Positions 30,349 to 49,570 of a stretch of DNA of 64,000 nucleotides are shown one piece after another; the stretch's first letter is position 1, and every line of letters starts with the position of its first letter. The notes under the pieces were generated by a model, which saw nothing but the letters and a program-made list of their open reading frames with translations, searched no databases and had not been told where the DNA came from. The DNA comes from Blastocystis sp. Blastoise (Eukaryota; Protista; Bigyra: Opalinata): positions 930,001-994,000 of the forward strand of contig JBBPEB010000003.1 in assembly GCA_039096225.1 (NCBI GenBank), given 5' to 3'. The position numbers and the translations under genes were made by a program.

Positions 30349-31953
30349 TTATGATTTTGAAGTAGAAATAATTTGTTTTTCTTGTATAGATATTGTTTTA
30401 TTATTATTATTATTATTAGATAATTCTATATCTTCTTTTTGTAATAAAGAATTATTTAATTGTTTTAATTCTTCAGTTATATGAGAAATACATAAATAAA
30501 TATCTGAATAATCATGTTTTATTAAAGATAAAACACCATATTCTATATATATATAAATATAATATATAAATATACGTATATCTAGAGAGATTAAAGAAGG
30601 CATATTTTCTTTATTTATAGAAGATAAGAATAGAATTAATTCTTTACAATGTTTATTTATATTCATTGTACCTATAGAATATATATAGAATTTTTATTAT
30701 TAAAAAAAAAATAAAATAAATATTTAAAATACATTTAATAGATATTTTTTTGATTTTAAGAAATAATTTATTTTGAATACAAGTAGAGAATTGTGTATAG
30801 AAAGAAGAATTATATTTACAATCTAATAATAATAATAATAATTAGTTATATAGAAATAAATAAAATACAATGAAATTGAAGTATATTACAATTTGTAAAT
30901 TTATAATGTTTAAAACAATCACAAAGATTTTTTATTATTGATGAATTTAAATAAAGATCTATATATATATATAATAATAATAATATTTATATATATATAC
31001 GACTAAATGTAAGTATAGAGAATGTATTTGAGAATGGTATATGAATATCATTAAATAAAATCATTTTAGAAGATGATTCACGATGAATTGTATTATCTAT
31101 ATATATATATATAGATAATATATATAAATATATATAAATGAATACTTTCAATGAATAGAGATGTTAGAGAAGGCATCGTATTTTTATTTATAGAGGATAA
31201 TAATAGAGGAAGAGAAGATATATTGAAAGAACAAGCTATATATATATATATATAGATATTAATTATATTATATTATATATAGATATATACAGAATAGATT
31301 GAATTCTTGAATATATTGAAATGCATGTTTTTGAATAAGATCAACAAGAGTTGTAATGAGAGTAGAGGATAAATAAATATCTATAAATAATAATATAAAA
31401 TAATAATAATAATATATATATATAAATATATAAATACTATCAAGAAGAAAAGTAGATAATTGTTGATATATAGATATTTTTAATGAATTTAAACAAAGAA
31501 TTAAATCATTTGTTTGTTCTTGTGAAATATCTATATATATATATAAATAATATTTTTAAAGATATAATTATTATTTAGATATATAAATAAATACTTTCAA
31601 TACCAAGAGAATTAATAAGAGGGAAACCTTTTGTGTTCCAAATAGAGAATGTTGTTTGAATATGTTGAATAGATCCTAATAAATATAAATATAGAGAGAT
31701 ACAAATAAATAAATAATAATAAATACCTTCGAAATGTAATATATGTATTTGTTGACAAGCTGTTGTATTAAGAAATTTCTTTAATGTTTCAATATCATAA
31801 TTTTCTATAAATATAAATATATATAATAAATATATAAGAAATAGAATTACTAGAGCAATAGAATGTATCTTGAATAAGAAGTTGATTTCGTTCAGCCAAT
31901 AGGAATAAAGAGGGAAATATATCACGAACAGGATGAGGTTCTATATATATATA

Positions 31954-31985
<32 letters not shown>

Positions 31986-33783
31986 TATAAATACCAATAG
32001 AGAATAGATCGTCAATAATTAAATAGATTGATGTAGAACATAAATAGTCAAGAAGACAACTGCAACCAATAGTAGAAGATATTCCTATATATATATAATA
32101 TATATAATATATAATATACTTCCAATATGAATTGTTTGTAGAGAAGATAAATGTGATTGATGTAGCCATGTATATAGAAATCGAAGTGGATCCTTATTAT
32201 CTACTAAGATCTCTATATATATAATAATAATAATAATATATATATATACTAAAATAAATAGATATTAATTGTGGATAATTCTTATTATTAATAAGAGTAA
32301 ATAATTGAGGAAGAGGAAGAAGAGGACCTTCTATATTTCCTTTATAATCTATATATATATTATAATAATATAATATATATATAATATATACCTAATATAA
32401 TATGTTGAATATATTTATTAGATTCATGTAATAAATAGGATTTAAGAAGATAAAATGGACATGAAGAATATAATAAACCTATTTAATATATATATAATAA
32501 GTAACTAAATACTTTCATTAAGAATAAGTGTATCTATATATTTATATTGTTTATTTTTAAAGAAAGAAAGTGGTTGTACAAGACTATTTCCATTTAAATC
32601 TATATATATATATAATAATATATATATAAATATATATACTCATAGAAAATGAATGTATTGATTGATCTATAGTATTATTTTGTAAATAAGAAAATAATTT
32701 TGTTTTTATATTAATTCTATTAATTCTATAATATATATAAATAAATATAAATAAATAAATATATAATTATATACAGAATAGAATCTATATAATGATTTGA
32801 AAAAGTATCTAAATATAAATATATAAATTAAATTTTTAAAAATAGTATATATATAATTACTTGAATATATATTTCGTTTATTACTTTTTGTTTTATATAT
32901 ATATGTAATACTATTATAATTATTTTCTCTTGTATGATCTATATATAAATAAATAAAAAAATATATATATATAACTATATACTATCTTGTATAGTATATT
33001 CTGTTAAGAATGGAAATATAGTAAATAGATTTTCAGGAAATAATAATGATATTGATTCTTTATATGTTAATCGAACTATATATATATATATATATATATA
33101 ATAATAATAAAAATACCTTTATTAAAAATATGTATAAATTGTATAGAAGAAAGAATAGAAGAATAATATTCAAATAATTGTATAATATCTTTTGTAAATA
33201 AACCTATATAATAAATATAAATAATAAATATATAAATACATTCAAAAGAGAGACTAAAAAGATCATTTGTATTAACATCATAAATAGAATCTATAAGAAT
33301 AAGAGGATCTTTATCATTTGTATTTATTCTTTCTTTTATCGATAAATTATATATCTTTGTGAATTTACTTCTTAAGAAACGATCTAATGAAAAGAATAAT
33401 TGTTTCTTTATATTTTCTTTTATATCCTTATAACTAGTAGGAAAATATATAATTAAAGTCATTAAATATTGATTTAAAACATCTAAATTTTGTTCTTTTT
33501 CTTCTTTTAAAGAATTTGAAAGCCATAATAAAACATTATCTATTATATAACTTGGTTGACTTACTATATAAGCATCTTTCTCATTCTTTATCGATTTAGG
33601 ATCCGAATAAATCTTATATAATAAACATTCTTCATATTTATTTAGTAGTAATTCATCAAATATCAATAGTTTACCATCAGAAAACTGAAATGATACTAAT
33701 AATATTAATAATTATTTGTTTTATTATAATCTATAGTATATACCTTTCTTATTAGACTCTGATTTATTCTTTGAAACATCCAT
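30349..33783 (-). CDS. BTB/POZ-like N-terminus + LRR-like repeat protein (lineage-specific family), many small exons
   Basis: ATG 33783. N-terminal SFQFSDGKLLIFDELLLNKYEECLLYKI resembles BTB/T1 starts. Later F/MP.L..L.I motifs (NMPSLISLDI, MPSLTSLFI). Similar in design to 50397-54390. Confidence 0.55.
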
Positions 33784-34430
33784 GAAAAGAAAGAATGATA
33801 ATTTAAACTATTTATTTTCTTTTATAAATAGTAAATATATATAGAATAGAATAAATATAAAAGAATTGTGATAATAAAAATATGAATAATGAAATAATAG
33901 ATGAAAAAATATGTTTAAAAAAAATATTTTTCTTTTTCTTTTATATTATTTTTATGAATTTCTTTTTACTATTAACAGTTTTATTAATCTAAAAATATTC
34001 ACTATTCCTATTTTTACAATAGAAACATATTATAACATTTTTTTATTTTTATATATGAATAATTCCAAAAAGAAAGAAATGAAATCTTTTATATTTCTTT
34101 GAATAGTATTCTATATTTATTCTATATATTAAAATAAACAATATAATAATATGAATGAATGACCTAGTAAAACAATATAATAATATATGAATTATTCCTA
34201 AATAATAATAAAAGAGTGAAACAGAAATGATTTTTGTTTCTGATGAATTTCGACGGTTTTATGTTGATTTCTGCGATGAAAACGATTTTATTCATTGTTA
34301 TTTCGATTGTCCATGACAAACTTGATTCTTTTATTTAAAATTTTTTGTTCATACTTTTCTTCAAGCTTCATTCTTTTTCTGATACGAAATCTTTTATTAT
34401 TAAAATTTTTGAATTCTTTGGAATTAGAAA

Positions 34431-35072
34431 ATGTTTGGTACATTGAAAAACTTGTTGCTTAGAGGAATAAAGTCTAAAGAGTCTTCTGAAACAACAACAA
34501 AATCAAATAATATTGATGATTCGAAATCAAATTCAATTGAAAAGAATGATAAGAATATAATATTAGAGAATTCGAAAGAAAGTATAAGTCATTTAGCAAG
34601 TGATGAAGTCAAAGACATTCCAAATATCTTTCCAGAACCTTTAAAAGATATACAAGAATCTAAAGAAATAATTAATAACGATATTTCAATGGATCAATCG
34701 AATGAAAACGAGAAACAAAAAGAAATTACTGAAAATAAAATAGAAAAGAAATCCAAAAAGAATAAAAAAGAAATAAAAGAGAATATATCGGAAACAACAA
34801 GTGAAAAACAAATTGTATCTGATGAAACTATGAATCAAAATGAATCTCCTAAAGAATTAGAATCAAATAAGAATTCTTCTATTCATCAAGAAAGTAATCG
34901 ATCTTCTTTTCCTATAGATACTGATATATTTAAAAATTCTTCATCTATTTCATATTATAGTCATTTACAAACGAATACTAAAGATAGTATAACTCCTTCT
35001 GTTCAACCTATATCAATTTATAATTCTTCTTCTAATAATAATAATGTTAATAATAATAATAATAATAATAAT

Positions 35073-35109
<37 letters not shown>

Positions 35110-35352
35110 TTAATAATGTTAATAATAATAATGTAATTCCTATAATTCCTCCTTCTAGTACACTTCCTATGGCTATTCCTATTCCTTCTAATCCTTCTGA
35201 AGATATAATTAATCCTTATGAAGAGGATACTCATTCTATTTATTCTACATCATTTTCTACACAAGAATCTACATCTACGAAATACCCTGTTCTTACTACA
35301 CAACCTCCTCCTCCTCCTCCTCTTCTTCCTCTTTCTAATTCTTCTCCTATTC

Positions 35353-35402
<50 letters not shown>

Positions 35403-36228
35403 CCTATATATATTTATTCATCTCCTTATCCTATATCAAATATTCCTAATAATTATGGAAATCTTAATATTATGAATCCTATTATTGATTCTTCTTCAAA
35501 TCCTATACCTTCTTCTTCTTCTTCTCCATCTCCATCAACTATTTCTAATAATAATAATAATAATAATAATGCTAATAATAATAATAGTATATTACCTTTT
35601 TCTCTTCCTCAATTATATCCTTCTTCTTTACAAATACTTCCTAATGGAGTTCTAAATACATTCCCAATAGGAATATCTTCTATACCTAATGCTTTTACTT
35701 CTCTTTCGAATACTGTTCATAATTCTTTAGAACCTATATCAAAATCAATTAAACATTCTAAACGATATAGTTCGAAGAGATATTCAAAACATAATAATGA
35801 TGATGATAATGATAGTAGTAACAATAATAGTGATAATAATAGTGATACAGATACATCTGAAGATGAATTAATATCTATACAGAATACAAAATCAAAGAAG
35901 AGAAAATATAATGATGATGATGATAATAATGATAATAATAATAAACAAAATGATAATGATAATAATAATAAACAAAATGATAATAATAATAATAATAAAC
36001 AAAATGATAATAATAATAAACAAGATACAAATGAATTGAGTACAGAAGTTATTAATAATCCTATTAATAAGAGTAAGATCAAATATACTAGTGCTATATC
36101 ATTATTAAAGAGAAAGAGTATAAAACGAAGACGAAGTGAATCTTCTAAAAATAATAATATACATAAAATAAAGAATACTGATTTAATAGTGGTTAAAAAT
36201 GAATATTTTCAAAAAGAACGATCTAAAA

Positions 36229-36262
<34 letters not shown>

Positions 36263-37380
36263 ATAAATCAAATAATAATATTAGATGATACTGTATTACA
36301 CATAACACCAAGTCCAATAGCGAGATATGATAATGATCAATTATTAAGTATAATAAGGAATTATGTGAAATCAACATGGACATTAAATAAATCAATGTTA
36401 CATTCAATATCTATACAAAAAGTAGATCAATATACATCTTATTCTATTAATGTAAATAGTTATGTAGATACTCGAATATTAACACGAAAAACAGAACCTT
36501 GTTCAAGATCTTCAAGTATATATTCTTCGTCGATGACTAGTCCTATAGATATTTGGTCTTATAAAGTCGATATTCCTATGAATAATGAGGAAGTAACCTA
36601 TACAATACGTCCTTCAGAAGGTCAGAATATAGAGATATGTTCTATGTGTAATGGTGGAATGTACTGTAAATGTGATTTATGTACGGGTACAGGATCTGTA
36701 CGATGTCCTCATTGTATCTTTGATTATAATGAGAACACTCTTTGTACTTTCTGTATGGGTAAAGGATATTTAAATTGTTATAAATGTTTAGGAGTAGGAA
36801 AAACTGAATGTTCTCATTGTAATGGATCAGGAAAAGTACTTTCTTTCTATGAAGTATAATAATATATAATAATAATAATAATAATATATAATAATATATA
36901 ATAATAATAATAATATATAGATAAAATGTTATATAAAAACAAGAGTTCATTCAAATCTTGTTAATGCATATACACTTGGATCTACATTATTTTCAAATTC
37001 TGTACCTTTATGTTTATTTAGGTATGTATATAATAATATATAATATATAATATATAATATATAATATATAGTGGACAATATAAAGAAATGAATTTACCTT
37101 TTGGTATTGATAATAAAGTAATTGAAGAGAGTTATCGTAGTTTAAAATATAATGTTAATAAAGTATATATAATATATATATAATATATATATAATATATA
37201 TAGGATTTATCTGAAGATAATATAAAGATAATTAATCAACAATTAATAATAAAAGAACAGAAAGTAACAAAAGTATATTTGAATTGTAAAGGAGATATAG
37301 GTATCTTTTATATATATGGAACAGAACCTAAAGTATATTGTGAAAAATATCCTTCTATTTTTAAATGTAATATTTTTTAA
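34431..37380 (+). CDS. SSUH2-like protein with DnaJ-type CxxCxGxG zinc-finger repeats and a long low-complexity N-terminus
   Basis: CSMCNGG, CDLCTGTG, CTFCMGKG, CYKCLGVG and CSHCNGSG repeats. C-terminus FYIYGTEPKVYCEKYP...CNIF* resembles SSUH2 (FY.YG...KVY...YP..C). N-terminal poly-N/Q/P/S tracts. Confidence 0.75.
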
Positions 37381-37443
37381 TTCTAATATGTTTTTAAAAA
37401 GATTATTTTGCTTATTTTTTTAATGATAAATAAATATTAAATA

Positions 37444-37451
37444 AACAAACA
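37444..37451 (-). promoter_or_regulatory. TGTTTGTT downstream polyadenylation-associated element
   Basis: AACAAACA on +, ~82 nt downstream of the surface-protein stop at 37533. Confidence 0.5.
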
Positions 37452-37532
37452 AATAAATAATAAATAAAATCATTATTAAATAGAATTATATAATAATGAA
37501 AGAGAGAGATAAAAATAAATTATTCTTTTTTA

Positions 37533-40500
37533 TCAACGACAAAAAGAAAAAATAATAAATAATAAAATAACTATAATAATTATGATTATTGCAATAATAG
37601 TAATCGTTAGAGTAACTATTGTAACATTCACATTTACAGGAGCATATACAATACTTGTAGAACTATTATCAATATCAATATCAATCTATAAATAAAATAA
37701 AATAAAATAAAATAAAATAAAATAAAATAAAATAAAATAATATATACATAATTAAATGATTGATCATAATGAATAAGTGTATTTGTGAGTTGATTTGTTT
37801 GTTGTATATCAATTAATCTACTTTTAACTATTTCTACTTGTTCAAGTAAACAAGTAATTCGAATAATAACTTCACTAGTTACTTTATTATTATATTTATA
37901 AGATATATCTTGTATACTTTCAATAACAATATCTGATAATTTAATATTTAAATTAAAAAGTATATCATAAATACTATATTGAAGATAATATTGTTTTTGA
38001 TTTGTAAATTGTTGTGGAGATATTCCAAATATACCTTTAATACGAAGATATGTATATCCTGAAGGTGGAGGAATATCATATCCTTCATATATTGTACATA
38101 AACTAGTATCAATAGTATCCCATGTAGGTAATGAATTTATATATATACATGTTCTTAACATAATTCCTTTTTTATTTCCATTACAAGGTATATAAGTAGT
38201 TTGAGTAACAGGAGTTTCAGGAAAACCATCAATAGAAGAACATGTATTTTTTATTACAGAGAATCCTAATAAATATATAGCATGACTATTATCATTGGAA
38301 AGAGTAATAGTATATGTTGTATAAGAAGTATATATAGTAGGAATTCCATAGATTATACCTGTAATTGGATTTAATGTTAATCCAAGAGGAAGATCTGGTT
38401 GAATAGAAAATGAAGTAACTATTCCTTGATAAGAAGGAATAATATCAAGAATAGGTATCATTTGTTTAATAATATGATTTGGATTTGAATAATGAATAGA
38501 ATAAGGTGTTTTCATTAAACAATTATTTATTAAAGGTCCCCAAACAGGTGGATTTTGCATAAGACATGATCGTGATTGTGTTCCTATCCATTCATTAGAA
38601 TTTCCACAAGATAAAGATAATGATTGTCCTCTTTCAATAGAATAAAATATACCCATAGTAGGACAATTTAATGTAATAACAGAAATATATAAAGTAATAG
38701 ATGTATTTGAATCATTATTTGAGAATGTAATAATATAAGGAGTATTATTACTAGTAACAGTAGGAGTACCATAAATAACTCCATTTGATGTTAATAGTTG
38801 TAATCCATTAGGAAGAGTAGGAGATATAGTAATAGAAGTAACAATACCATTAATTATTGGTGGATTCATATATATTAATGATGATTTAATAAATATAAAT
38901 GTATTAGAAGAATAAGTAATTTCAGGTGTATTCATAATACAATTATTATATTGAAGAATATATATAGGTGGTTTTGTAAGTGAACAAATATATGTTTTTG
39001 AACCATGATATTGATAATTATTTTCACAAATAGTTGTTGCTGATTGACCAGCAGGTAATTGTGGTAAATTAAATTGTGATTGACAATATAAAGTAATAAT
39101 AGAGATTTGTAAATAATAACTAGATGATTTTTGAGAATTTGAAGCTGTAATAAGAAAAGCAGTATTTGAAATAGAAATAGTAGGAGTACCATATATATTT
39201 CCATTATTTGGATTAATAGTAAGACCTAAAGGAAGTGAAGGAGTAATAGTCCAAAGAGTAACTATACCTGAATATGTAGGTGTAATAGGATTAATATTAT
39301 AATTTGTATTCCAAGTATAATTAGAATTAGGATATTGAATATTATAAGGAGATCTTAATATACAACCATTAACAGGTATAGTCCATTGAGGAGGATTTGT
39401 ATTAGTACAATATCTTGTTTGAGATCCTTCATAATTAATAGTATCTTCACAAGGTATAATAGCAGTTTCTCCTTTTTCTGTTTGATTCCAAATAGTATCT
39501 TTATTACAATAAGATGTTTGTATAGAAATTGATATATTAACAAATGTATATTGATAAGAATTAGAAAATTTGAATATATAAGAAATAGAAGAAGAAAATA
39601 TTAATGGAATACCTGTAATTATACCAGAATTAGAAATAATAGATAATCCATTAGGAAGATTAGGAGTAACAGTAACATTTGTAACAATACCTTTAAATGT
39701 AGGAATACTATTAATTATATCTCCTCTATTAAATAATAATATATTATTAGTAGAATAATGAATATCCCAAGGAGCTTTTTGAATACAATAATTAATTTCT
39801 GAAGACCAAGTATTATTTTCTTGACATATTTTTTGTTTATTTCCTTCATAATTAATAATATCTTCACAAGGTTTTATAGCAATTTGATTAATAAGAGTAG
39901 ATGGATATCCATCTTCTTCTTGACATATTGATTGTAATATTTCAATAATAATATTAAAAATAGTATTTGAATGTATATTTGATGCTTTTATTTGATATAT
40001 AGTAGCATTAGTAATAATTGAAGGAATACCAGAGATTTTACCAGTAATAGAATCAAGAAATAATCCATCAGGAAGAGGAGTAATAGCAATCCAATTAGTA
40101 ATAATATGATTATAAGTAGGAATAATAGGAATTATTAACATATTAATACGTAAAATAAGTTTATTTTCAGAATTATATTGAATATTTGTAGGTGAAATCA
40201 TTTCACAATTATCAATAATATCTTCCCAAATAGAAATATGATTACAAAGTCTTGTTTTATTACCTATATAATCTTCATTATTATCACAAGGTAATTGTGA
40301 ATAATTATTAATTTGAGTATCAGGCCATATTCCATCAGAAAAACAAATACTATTAACAATATTAATAATAAGATGAATAGTAATAGAAGAATATATATTA
40401 GAAGCAGTAATATTATAATTAATAGAAGAAGATAAAAGAGAAGGAATTCCTGTAATAATTCCTGTTTGTGTATTAAATAATAATCCATTAGGAAGAGAAG

Positions 40501-43406
40501 GATTAATAGTAAAATTATTAATGATATTTTGAGTAATAGGAATAATAGGAATAATAGATGAATTAACTAATAAAGTATAAGAAGATTGTGAATAAGAAAT
40601 AATAGGTTGAAGTAATATACAATTATCAATAATATCACTCCAAATAGCATGAATACCTTGAGAAATACAAACACGACTTTTAGATCCAGTATATCCTTCA
40701 GTACAATTTAATATAATAATTTCACCAATATTTTTCGATGGCCAAATATCAATAGAATCACAAGTATTACTAGAAATAGAAATAGTTAAAGTAATACTTT
40801 CAAAAGAAACACTATTTCTAGCATAAATAGTATAAATAGAAGGTTCAGTAACATTATAAGGTATACCCGAAATATATCCATTATTAGAATTAAGAATAAG
40901 ACCATTAGGTAATTGAGGTTCAACAGTCCAAGAAGTAACAATACCAGTAACATTAGGAATAAGTGTTTCAATAGTATTATATTTAATATAATTAAGAATA
41001 GTATATGAATAAGATAAATTAGTAGGTTTATTAGGAATACAATTATCAATAATAATATCCCATTGATTAATATTTTTACAATATCTTTGAAGTGATCCAG
41101 TATAATAAAGATTATTAGGACAAGGAATAGAAATAATAGATTCAATTTCAGTTTTAGGCCAAGAATCTTCTTGTTGACAATAACCAGTAATAGAAGAAAT
41201 ATTAAGTGAAATAGAAATAGGAATATTATATATATCTGTAGCTATAATAGTATAAATAATAGAATCAGAATTAGTTTGAGGAATTCCAGTAATAATTCCA
41301 GTTTGAGTATTAAATTCAAATCCAAAAGGAAGAATAGGATAAATATTCCAAAATAATATATTTCCTCCTTGAATAATAGGTGTAATAGTAAATGGTATAG
41401 ATTTAATTAATTGATAATTAGAAAAAGGATAATGAATATTAATAATAGGATGAGTAAGATTAGTACAAGTATTAGAAGTTAAATTCCATTGAGCATGAAA
41501 ATTATTAAAAATACATGTATATATAATAGTTCCATTTCCAGAAGGACATAAAGAAATATATTGTTCACCTAATGTAGAAGAAGGTATATTATTAATTTGT
41601 TGACAAATTAAATCATTTTCTTTTCCAAGTATTGTAAAATTATTATTAGAAATATTAATTGTTTGATCTTCTAAATAAATCCAATTTTGTTCATTTTTAA
41701 TAGAAAGAAGAAGATTTGTTTGTGTATCTATTGTAATACCATTATATATTTTACTATGATTATTATAAATAGTAAGAGCACAAATTCGATTATTCCATTC
41801 TAATTCATAAGGTAAATAACTAGTATGATCAAGAACACTACCTTTAATTTGCCAATCATTATTATAAGTTAATCCATAAATAAAATAAGGAGAAGAAGGA
41901 GTACCAATAAAAACAAATAAATTATCACCATCTTGATCAAAATCAAAAGAAGATCCTCTTATTTGTCTCCAATTAGAATTGATTTCTAAGAAATTATTAG
42001 AAGCAATATATGTTAATAAAGATCCAGCAGGTAAAGGAGAATCACTAATAGTATAAGCAACCATATTTTCACGAGGTAATAATTCTTTATTTTGTGTATA
42101 ACCAGAATCAGAAATAATAATTTGAGTATGAATAGGTAATGTAATAGTAGTTAATAAAACAATTTTATTAGGTTTTAAAGATATATATTGAACAATAGCA
42201 ACAGATCCTTTTAATAGATCGCCATTACATTGAGACATATTAACAGGTAACCATTTACCATTCCAATTACATTTACGTGTTCGAATACCAGACATAGGAA
42301 TAGGACAAGATAAAGTAATAATAGTATTACTAGTAGTAGCAGGCCATTCATTTTCAAATGGACAAGTAATAGTTTGTTGTTGATTACAAAGAGATAAATC
42401 AATAGAATTCCATTGTCCATTAGGATTACAATAACGAGTACGAATACCTGAAACATGAATACAAGGTAATACACGTGTTTCATGAGCACCAATTTCTATC
42501 CATTCATCTTCTGTAGAACAATGAATATCTTCAGATTCTGTATATATAGTATACCAATCATAAGAAGCAATATTAGAAAATGAATTTTCTGTAGTTTGCC
42601 AATTATTTCTATCTGTAATACTATTAAGAAAATTTGTTCTAGTTCCTGATAATAATCCATAATAACGAGTTATAGTAGGAGCAGTAATCCATAAATAAGT
42701 ATTATTAGGCATCCAATAAGGTTCATAACAATTCGTAGAAGAACAAATTGTATCACAAAAAGAATCATATCCTTGTGTTATTTTTGGTGTATGAAGATTA
42801 AATATCCAAGTATTAATAGATGTATAATCAAAAGAACCTGTAAATATAGTAAGTTGATCTCCTTTTACTGATAAATCAAAATTATTTACTTTAATAAAAT
42901 TAAATGGATTAAATGGATATTCATTACTTATATAAAGTAATTCACCTGGATAATAAGTACGTTCAAGTATTTTATGATACATTCCTTCTCCTGTTCTAAA
43001 TTGTTTTGTTCCTAAAATAGCGTTATCTGTTATCATAATATCTGTTCCTGAAGGAATTTCATCTAGAATTAATAATTCAAAAGTATCACTTCCATCAGCA
43101 TTTCTTTGTGTAATAGCAATACTGCCTGATCTTACAGTTCGAATACAATTAGAATAATCAGGAGTTGACCATATACCATCTATATCACATAAACGAGTGA
43201 TAAAACCTTCCATATTTCCAGAACAAGGAATTGTAACTATTTCTCCACTAATTGTTTGAGGAAATCTATAATTTTGACTACATGTGACTAAAGGATTCGC
43301 ATGAAGTTGGATAACTATTAATATTGATTTGAATAAAAAAATATAATATTATAAAAATTTATTTACAAAAGAATAATATAAGAAGAACTGATAAATTGAA
43401 GAACAT
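37533..43406 (-). CDS. Type I cell-surface protein (~1,900 aa): signal peptide, Cys-rich HRM-like modules, two bacterial-like beta domains, eight He_PIG (putative Ig) domains, C-terminal TM helix
   Basis: ATG 43406 (MFFNLSVLLILFF|FIQLHA) followed by a short intron and a 5.5-kb exon. A last intron at ~37686-37747 precedes the TM segment ...TIVTLTITIIAIIIIIIVILLFIIFSFCR*. Eight LP.GL.....G.I.G.P motifs alternate with C....WP.T......C....G...R.C....W......C modules. Confidence 0.85.
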
Positions 43407-44129
43407 TGAATAGTTTTAATATAACAAATAAATATAATAATATTATTATTTTTATATTTATTTATGTGAAAAGATATATATAGAAAGAAAAAATAGTAGA
43501 GTTTCTATTGTTATAGTTTTTTTTAGATAAAATAGAACTGACTCTTCAAATAGAGATTTTATTTGATTTCTTATGAATTAATAAAGAATAAACCAATTAT
43601 ATTCTCATTAAGAAATAGTTTTTATTTATAGTTTTTTTTCAGTTTTTTTTTATTGATGACGAGTGAAAGAAGAGAAGTTTTTATTTTAATTGATTTTTTT
43701 TTATATTTATAAAAGATATATATATTCTTCTTGATATGAATATATTGATTCTTTATATATATATATATATTAAATAAATGAAAATAGTTTTGATTCGTGT
43801 TTGAAATGAAAAGATATAAATAGAATTATTTTAAATGAATTGAATGAAAAAGAGTTTTTAATTGTAATTAAATTCATTTATTATATATATAATTGAAAAA
43901 CAAATAATTCTTTTTGTTGTGTATATAAAAATATAAATAGAACAACGAATTCTTTTATGAAAAGAAAAAATAGAAAATAAATAAAATATTATAATAAAAA
44001 TGATATTTATTATAAATATAGAATCAAATCATATATATATAGAAAGAAAGATAATCATTGAATTAAGATCAATTAAAGAAATAATAATAATAATATATTA
44101 TAATTATTTCTTTTATTCCTTCTCTATAG

Positions 44130-44281
44130 CATCTTGACGTTTCCCCGTGGAAAAAGGAGGGAAAAGAGTATCTACATCATCATATAATTGTATATAAGAA
44201 GTCACTATTTCCTTTGTCCCTTTCTTACATGTTAATATACCCGACTTATCTGTTATATATACCATCGTACATGGAACATCT
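44130..44281 (+). ncRNA. Candidate H/ACA-type small RNA (alternatively an orphan minus-strand exon)
   Basis: GC-elevated intergenic island. Hairpin closed by CATGT (44228-32)/ACATG (44269-73), then ACA (44276-78) and TCT. Candidate H box AGAGTA at 44165-70. Confidence 0.3.
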
Positions 44282-44537
44282 ACTTGCTATTTATTATTGG
44301 TTTTTATTTTATTGTTTATTATATATATAAATATATATTTGTGTATTATTTTTTTTTTTACACAAATCTATTTAAAATTAGAAGGTTTTTGAAAGTAATT
44401 TGACAAACAATAAGTATGTTTTGTATTAACAATATTAAAAGACTATTAATTGTATCGTTACAAAACGAATTATATAATTAAAACTATTATAAGTATCATG
44501 AAAACTAAAATGATATTTATTACTATATTTAATATAT

Positions 44538-49570
<5,033 letters not shown>

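Noticed and set aside
31511-31518. Further TGTTTGTT matches (31511, 37796, 870 minus, 9105 minus, 45605 minus)
   Set aside because: They lie antisense to or inside coding exons or introns, consistent with chance in AT-rich DNA.
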